Translations under genes and position numbers: made by a program | Shown: positions 57,462 through 64,000 of the stretch, one piece after another | Layout of the letters: each line of letters begins with the position of its first letter | Numbering within the stretch: the stretch's first letter is position 1 | The notes under the pieces: generated by a model | The model's input: the letters and a program-made list of their open reading frames with translations, nothing else | Database searches by the model: none | What the model was told of the DNA's origin: nothing | Source: Candidatus Gottesmanbacteria bacterium | Lineage (GTDB): Bacteria > Patescibacteriota > Microgenomatia > UBA10105 > UBA927 | Direction of reading: 5' to 3' | DNA length: 64,000 nt | NCBI GenBank assembly: GCA_963711735.1 | Contig: CAVQFA010000003.1 | Coordinates: 210,971 to 274,970, forward strand

Positions 57462-60012
57462 ATGGATACGAATAATTCCACATCATCCGGTCGGGGTATA
57501 ACGTCACAACAAGCAGGAATTCTTCTGAAACAGAATGGTCCGAACGAACTGCCGTCGCAAAAAGATCGTGGTCTTCTGCACACAATACGGAGCGTCATCA
57601 AGGAACCGATGTTTATGATTCTTGTGGCTGCCGGCGTAATATATCTTATTTTGGGGGAAATACAGGATGCTCTTCTTCTTTCATCTTTTATTGTTTTTGT
57701 CCTTGGCGTCACTATCTATCAGGAAAGGAAAACCGAACGTGCTGTTGCAGCTCTCAGAAAATTGTCCAGTCCGAGAGCAACTGTCATACGGGATGGGAAA
57801 GAAGTACGGATTCCTTCCCGTGAAATTGTTCCGGGAGATACGGTAATCGTAAAAACCGGGGACAGAATTCCTGCAGACGGGTATTGTACGAATGCGGATA
57901 ATTTTCTCGTTGACGAATCAGTGCTCACCGGAGAATCATTACCGGTCGGAAAACGGGTATGGGAAGATCAGGATTCGGACAAACATCTGCGGCCGGGAGG
58001 AGAGAATCAGCCGCTTCTCTGGGCAGGAACATTGGTAAATCAGGGACGCGCGGAATTGACGGTTACGGCAACAGGTACACGGAGTGTAATGGGTAAAATC
58101 GGTGTTTCACTCGGAACAATAGAGGATGAAGAAACACTTCTCCGTAAGGAAATCCAAAGACTCGTGAAAATATTCGTTGTCATCGGAGCTGTGCTTTGTC
58201 TGAGTATCGTTCTCTACTGGGCTTTTTTCCGTGAATCATTGCTTGCGGGAATTTTGGCCGGACTTACGCTTTCCATGTCCATGCTGCCGGAGGAGTTTCC
58301 GGTAGTGCTGACGATATTTTTTACGCTCGGTGCCTGGAGACTCGCGAAAAAAAACGTCCTTGTACGGAAAACGGCAATTATTGAAACCCTGGGGGCTGCC
58401 ACAACGCTTTGTGTTGATAAAACAGGAACGATTACAGCAAACACTTTAACGCTAGATTTCATATTTATGAAAGGACAGCGTATACCCCTTACCGCAAAGA
58501 TGATACCTTCGGATGCTAAGGACGTATTGCATACCGCTCGCTTAGCAAGTGCTTTAAATCCTTCGGGATCTCTTGAAAAGACCATCAAAAATGAGACGGA
58601 TAAACGATTTCCCCGATTGGGCAAAAGATCACGTCGGTTGGACGAAGGTGAAAGAATATCCGATGACGAAGGAATTTCGTGCTGTTGTTTCATTGTGGCA
58701 AAATCCCACAGGAGTAATTATTGGGACAGCAAAAGGAGCACCTGAAGTTATCGCACGATTATCCGGATCACAAGCGGACAAAGATGAATACACAATGAAT
58801 GTAGAGAAACTTGCGGATGAAGGGTATAGAATGCTAGCTGTTGCATCGTGTGAATTAGGCGTTAAGGTAGTACCTGAAAAACTGGAACAACTTCCGTTTA
58901 GGATCCTCGGAATACTTGCCTTTTCAGATCCAGTGCGGGAAGGGGTACATGATGCGTTACAGGAATGTTACAAAGCAGGTATACGCATAATTATGATGAC
59001 AGGTGATTATCCGGGAACTGCAAAAAGCGTCGGCAGGCGTATAGGTTTGGCACATTTTCAAAATAGTTGCGAAGGGGAGTTGCTGGAAAAACTTACGCCT
59101 TTTCAGCTTAAGGAGAAAGTGAAAGAGGTCAATATTTTTGCACGTATCCTTCCTGATCAGAAACTTCTCATCGTCAATGCTCTTAAATCCAATGGTGAGA
59201 TAGTGGCGATGACCGGTGACGGGGTCAACGACGCACCGGCACTCAAATCCGCACATATCGGTATTTCCATGGGTGCCCGCGGGACGGATGTGGCACGGGA
59301 AGCGTCGGATATGGTACTCGTCAATGACGACTTTACATCTATCGTAGGGGCAGTTAAAACCGGGAGAAAGATATATGACAATATCAAAAAAGCAATGGCG
59401 TATATATTTGCAGTGCATATTCCGATTGCCGGTATGGCTGTTGTCCCTGTTATTCTCGGAATGCCGGTGGTTTTATTACCTGCTCATATAGCATTTCTTG
59501 AACTTATCATTGACCCAACATGTTCGACGGTGTTTGAGGCAGAGCACGCGGAAGACGATGTTATGCATAGGCAACCGAGAATTCTGGGGACTTCTGTTTT
59601 ATCCAAACCGATTGCAATGATAAGTTTTCTTCAGGGACTGAGTGTTTTTATTATTTCCTTTGCTGTCCTTCTCGTAGCTTTATCACTTCATAGGACACCG
59701 GATGAAGCACGTACACTTACATTTATCACGATGGTGACGGGAAATCTCGGATTGATTGTATCCAATTTATCATGGAAAAAAACATGGATATCAATTCTCA
59801 TTCACGCAACGCCGGCACTGCGTATTGTTCTTATTATCGTCATTACATCTTTTGCTGCGATTCTGGTAGTACCATGGATTCGGGATATTTTTCACTTCTC
59901 GCTTCCGTCTGGTATATCTCTCCTTATGGCAATCGGAGCGGGATCATGCAGCTTAATATGGTTTGAGGTGTTAAAAACCATACAGCATAAAACGAAGATC
60001 CTTCCGATATAA
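57462..60012 (+). pseudogene. PMCA/SERCA-like Ca2+-type P-type ATPase split by +1 frameshift in a C homopolymer at ~58607-58610 (ORFs 57462-58745 and 58573-60012)
   Basis: N-terminal cation-ATPase N domain, TGES-like actuator region, DKTGTIT in ORF1. KGAPE, MTGDYPGTA, MTGDGVNDAPALK and C-terminal TM helices in ORF2. The frames join at gatttCCCCgattgg: a C3 run restores ...RFPDWAKDHVGW.... Confidence 0.6.
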
Positions 60013-60111
60013 ATTTCCTGCACAATAGTGTGCGAAACGGAAAAATTTCCGGTTGTACGGGTATGGAATAAATGAATTTTCCCCGATATATAATTTCAGC
60101 AGTTTGAAAGA

Positions 60112-62670
60112 TTAAATTTTATGAGCACGATGAGAATAAAACAGTGTTTTCACCACTTCTACGTTTATTAAATATACTACAACGATACCGGCGAGGATTA
60201 CCATCGTTGCAACCGGCAGCGGCGTAAATCCGAATATTTTCCCCAATTGTGTGCGGGGTATGATCCAGCCTATACATACGACACATACAGTGGATAACCA
60301 GAGCCAGATACTGGCATTACTTTTTAGAATAGGTGTAAATCTCGTCCTGATAATATGGATGACAAATGTTTGTGTAGCTAAGGATTCCATAAACCAACCG
60401 GTTTGAAATGCCGACGGTTGATTCTGATAAAGGAAATAGAGAACGGCATACGATGCAAAATCGTATATTGAGCTTATGGGTCCGAATGACAACATGAAAG
60501 TGCGTATGAATTTAATATCCCATTTCTTCGGTGACTTGGTATATTCGCGGTCTACGTTATCGGTAGGAATCGCAATCTGCGACAGATCATAGAGAAAATT
60601 ATTCAGAAGTATCTGGAGAGGAAGCATGGGTAAAAACGGGATAAAAATGACCGCACCAAGGACGCTGAACATATTACCGAAATTAGACGATAAACCCATC
60701 ATTATATACTTCATCGTATTTCCGAACGTTTTTCTTCCTTCTATAACTCCCCCTGCCAGTTCATCCAGACTTTTATGTGTAAGAATAAGATCAGCTGATT
60801 CTTTGGCGACATCTACGGCATTGGTCACGGATATACCGACATCCGCCGCAACTAAAGGCGAAGCATCATTGATACCGTCACCCAAGTATCCGACCGTATG
60901 TCCGCCGGTTTTCAGAGCCCGTATGATGCGGGTTTTTTGCTGTGGTGAACACCGGGCAAAAATAGTGGTATCCGTAACTTTTCTGGACAGGGCTTCATCC
61001 GTCAGACTGTCAATCTCATGTCCCAAAAGCATGCCTTTCACCGTAATACCGACATCTCTACAGATTTTCCGCGTCACGAGTTCGTTATCACCGGTTATCA
61101 CTTTCAGTTCTATGCCAAGTTCTTCAAGTTGATCAAGCGCCTGACGGGTTCCTTCTTTCGGGGGGTCCAAAAAGGCAACAAATCCCATTAATTCCATATC
61201 GTTCTCGTCGTTTTTCGTATACGTATGTCTCGCAGAATGGACATTTTTGACGGCTACGGCAAGCACACGGAATCCTTCCTGACTGAGTTGTTTATATACA
61301 TCCAGAGCTTTCAGGCGTATATCATTCCCTAAAATCCGGGCAGAACTTTTGTCATCCATATACGTAGAACAGGAATTCATGATTTCTTCCGGTGCGCCTT
61401 TGGTTATCATGGTTTGCGTGTCCTTAGGATCGGCAACAACAACGGACATTTTTTTCCTCACAAAGTCATACGGCACTTCATCAATTTTCGAGTAAGACGT
61501 AATATCGATTTTTTTATATGTACGGACAGCATCATCCAGCGGATTGGATATCCCGCTTTCAAAAGAGCTATTCAGATATGCAAAAAGGAGAACATCAGGA
61601 GAATTTTTCTTAGCAATGTCAATGTACCGGACGAGTTTGATTTTTGCTTCAGTTAACGTACCGGTTTTATCAGTAGCGAGTGTATCCATGCTGCCCAGAG
61701 AGGGGATTGCGGTCAATTTCTTTACAATAACCCCTTTCTTTGCCATATTTACCGAACCGCGGCTCATGGTAACCGTCATAATCATGGGGAGAAATTCCGG
61801 TGCAAGACCTACAGCTACGGCAATGGCAAACATAAAAGATTCTACGATATCATGACGTACCAATGTCGCTGTAAAGAAAATTATCAAAACTAAACCCATG
61901 ATGATGCGGAGGATGAAATAGCTGAATCCGGTGACACCTTTTGTAAAATCGTTATCTTCTGATTTTTCCTGCAGACTTTGTGCCAGCTTGCCAAACTGTG
62001 TAGAACTGCCGGTGACGATTACTACTGCCCGGGCTTGCCCTGTGACGATACTGGTTCCTGCAAACAGGATGTTTGATAACGTGGTTATATCTGCGGTTTT
62101 AGAATCTATGACAGACGAGTTTTTTTCTGCAGGAAACGATTCGCCTGACAGCGTGGATTCATTGACAAAGCAATCCTTTGCTTCCAGAATACGAGCATCT
62201 GCGGGTACTAAATCACCCGAGTTAAGTTCAACTATATCACCGGGAACCACATCTTCCCGGAGAATATCCATGGATATACCGTTTCTGATGACCGTTGTGA
62301 GGGTTGCAGTGCTGTTTTTTAACTTTTCTGCCGCCCGGTTTGCTTTGTATTCCTGAAAAAAGTTGAGAACCGCACTTAATAGAACCATCAGGATGATAAT
62401 AACGGCGTTTGCCGATTCTCTCAGGAAAAATGAGATGACGGAAACGATTATCAGAAGAAGTACGATCGGATTTTTAAACGAATGAAGGAATTGAATGACT
62501 ATGTGGAGTTCAACCTGGTCTGCAATTTTATTTTTTCCGTACTGTACTATTCGTTTTTTTGCCTCTTTTTGCGATAAACCTGAATTCGCGGATTGAAGTT
62601 TACGCATAGCATGCTCTGATACCATCCCGGCATACGTGATAATTGTTTCCTGTGTAGTTTGCGGAGTCAT
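60112..62670 (-). CDS. P-type ATPase, MgtA-like (Mg2+-importing type)
   Basis: 852 aa; DKTGTLT, TGDN, GDGINDASPL; the LAPEFLPMIMTVTMSRGSVNMAKKGVIVKKL region matches the MgtA/MgtB TM4-phosphorylation-domain linker. Confidence 0.65.
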   Translation of the reverse strand: MTPQTTQETIITYAGMVSEHAMRKLQSANSGLSQKEAKKRIVQYGKNKIADQVELHIVIQFLHSFKNPIVLLLIIVSVISFFLRESANAVIIILMVLLSAVLNFFQEYKANRAAEKLKNSTATLTTVIRNGISMDILREDVVPGDIVELNSGDLVPADARILEAKDCFVNESTLSGESFPAEKNSSVIDSKTADITTLSNILFAGTSIVTGQARAVVIVTGSSTQFGKLAQSLQEKSEDNDFTKGVTGFSYFILRIIMGLVLIIFFTATLVRHDIVESFMFAIAVAVGLAPEFLPMIMTVTMSRGSVNMAKKGVIVKKLTAIPSLGSMDTLATDKTGTLTEAKIKLVRYIDIAKKNSPDVLLFAYLNSSFESGISNPLDDAVRTYKKIDITSYSKIDEVPYDFVRKKMSVVVADPKDTQTMITKGAPEEIMNSCSTYMDDKSSARILGNDIRLKALDVYKQLSQEGFRVLAVAVKNVHSARHTYTKNDENDMELMGFVAFLDPPKEGTRQALDQLEELGIELKVITGDNELVTRKICRDVGITVKGMLLGHEIDSLTDEALSRKVTDTTIFARCSPQQKTRIIRALKTGGHTVGYLGDGINDASPLVAADVGISVTNAVDVAKESADLILTHKSLDELAGGVIEGRKTFGNTMKYIMMGLSSNFGNMFSVLGAVIFIPFLPMLPLQILLNNFLYDLSQIAIPTDNVDREYTKSPKKWDIKFIRTFMLSFGPISSIYDFASYAVLYFLYQNQPSAFQTGWFMESLATQTFVIHIIRTRFTPILKSNASIWLWLSTVCVVCIGWIIPRTQLGKIFGFTPLPVATMVILAGIVVVYLINVEVVKTLFYSHRAHKI

Positions 62671-62828
62671 ACTTTTTCCGGAATTTTTATAACATTACAC
62701 TGTCTATATCTTCCCTTGATACTGCCTTATCCATAATATCCATCTGTTCAGTTGTCGGGGAATATATCGCGGGATCCCTATCTAAACTATATACCAATTC
62801 CATAGTATGACGCGAGGTCTCGGGAGAT

Positions 62829-63953
62829 TCATTTATTTATGACTTTCATTCCGGATTGTGCTGATATATTATTCGGATCAATTGCGAGACTTTGCGCAAA
62901 CATGCTCCTTGCCATGTCAATTTTTCCGATTGCAATATAGATAATGCCTATATTTGCAAGAACATCCGGGTTATTGGGCTGTATTTTTTTTACCTCATCT
63001 AATTCCCTGAGTGAAGCCTCATAGTTTTTGTCTTCATAATCCATTCCTGCAAGAGCCATGCGCGATTGCCAAAGACGCGGATTATATGAAAGCGCTTTCT
63101 GATACATACGTTTTGCTTCATTTCTGTTTCCTTCTGCTATGTAAATATTTCCTAAATTGTGATACGCATCGGGATAATTAGGTTTTAAGGCAATTGCGAG
63201 TTTAAACTCCTCAATTGCTTTTTTATTATCACCGTGGCGTCCGTAGTAATCGCCGAGGTTGTTATGCGTTTTCGGATCCGATGGTGCTGTTTTGCCAAGC
63301 GCAAGCCACATGGTATCCGATGTACGCCAGTCGTTATTCCTGATAACCGTACGCGTAAGGAGTCCCCCTATGACGCATACAAACAGAAAAACAGTCAGAT
63401 ATTTATTTCGAAATTTGGAAGGGAAAGAGAAAAAAAGTAAAACACTCACAACGGACAGACCTGCAATACCCAGGTATACGTACCGTTCTGCTACAACCCA
63501 CGCAAGCGGTAAAGGAGTGAGTGACGGAAGAAGAGGTGTAAAAAAAAGCATCAGATAGAAAAATAGCGTACGCTTTTTCCGATATGCTATGAAACATGCA
63601 ACACAGAATAAAAGAAATACGACCAACTGAACGGTGTATATAGTCCAACCCTGAAACAATTCGGATTGGTAAAAAGATAAGTTTACAGGAAATACAAAAA
63701 GCGTAAGATATGTTATTATGGCAACGGGTATTTGGAGCGCGGAGTTATACAAGCCCCCGCCTGTATAATAGTCAGTTTCGAGAGCGTGTAACCGCGAGAA
63801 TACGTATTGGAATCCGAAAAAACAAATCCATGCTATGCTGATGCCCGCATACGGAATGATCCGTCGCCAATGTTGACGCAAATTTCCCATACAGAATTCA
63901 TAAAGGGGGAACAGAAGAAACAGTGGAAGTGATTTTTCTGACGATATAATCAT
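62829..63953 (-). CDS. membrane protein with C-terminal TPR repeats
   Basis: 374 aa; ~6 N-terminal TM helices, then >=5 TPR units (AIEEFKLAIALKPNYPDAYHNLGNIY...). Confidence 0.55.
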   Translation of the reverse strand: MIISSEKSLPLFLLFPLYEFCMGNLRQHWRRIIPYAGISIAWICFFGFQYVFSRLHALETDYYTGGGLYNSALQIPVAIITYLTLFVFPVNLSFYQSELFQGWTIYTVQLVVFLLFCVACFIAYRKKRTLFFYLMLFFTPLLPSLTPLPLAWVVAERYVYLGIAGLSVVSVLLFFSFPSKFRNKYLTVFLFVCVIGGLLTRTVIRNNDWRTSDTMWLALGKTAPSDPKTHNNLGDYYGRHGDNKKAIEEFKLAIALKPNYPDAYHNLGNIYIAEGNRNEAKRMYQKALSYNPRLWQSRMALAGMDYEDKNYEASLRELDEVKKIQPNNPDVLANIGIIYIAIGKIDMARSMFAQSLAIDPNNISAQSGMKVINK

Positions 63954-64000
63954 ATAAGTATAAGAAATTACGGAGTATACATATGCAGTACGGTTATTGA

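Overview
This 64 kb window is a chromosomal stretch from an unidentified, rather low-GC bacterium, possibly a monoderm or candidate-phyla-type lineage; I cannot assign it.

The left end holds a partial L,D-transpeptidase gene, then a tRNA-Asn(GUU) gene whose anticodon loop is interrupted by a ~219-nt group I self-splicing intron. Next comes an AT-rich ~4 kb block with an LD-carboxypeptidase and an arsR / thioredoxin-like / ArsP-like permease operon. This block is punctuated by a recurring 29-nt intergenic motif and a second 21-nt motif.

The middle of the window is a mix of housekeeping and stress functions:
- Stress and redox: TrmB regulator, thioredoxin–CcdA fusion, cupin, hemerythrin, Excalibur protein, SRPBCC, DUF1801, cupredoxin, MsrB, MscL, Fe/Mn SOD, Bcp peroxiredoxin, rubrerythrin.
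- A flavin module: FMN-binding protein, ApbE and an RnfD-like/FNR fusion.
- Other enzymes and regulators: two paralogous S9 peptidases, a DEAD-box helicase behind a strong promoter and long structured leader, two tandem S51 peptidases, a Crp/Fnr regulator with an upstream CRP-like palindrome, TspO, DedA.
- Two paralogous OmpR/histidine-kinase pairs; the second sits between a class A beta-lactamase-like gene and a MacA-like/MacB/FtsX efflux operon.
- Two envelope-glycan gene blocks: acyltransferase_3 with two large polytopic proteins and a methyltransferase; and an FkbM methyltransferase, a methyltransferase-GT2 fusion and GDP-fucose synthase.

The right end carries a B12-radical SAM enzyme, a MazG-like protein, an Rpf-like transglycosylase with a Pro/Thr linker, QueH/QueA, a ZIP transporter, a complete AmmeMemoRadiSam three-gene system, a Ca2+/Na+ antiporter, two P-type ATPases and a TPR membrane protein.

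Five genes (the beta-lactamase-like gene, the MacA-like adaptor with two lesions, QueH, a PMCA-like P-type ATPase, and possibly a GGCT-like gene) are broken. At least two breaks map to C homopolymer runs.

Many genes carry a TATAAT box 6–9 nt upstream of the ATG, which points to leaderless mRNAs. I found no rRNA, CRISPR array or recognisable mobile-element enzymes such as integrases or transposases.
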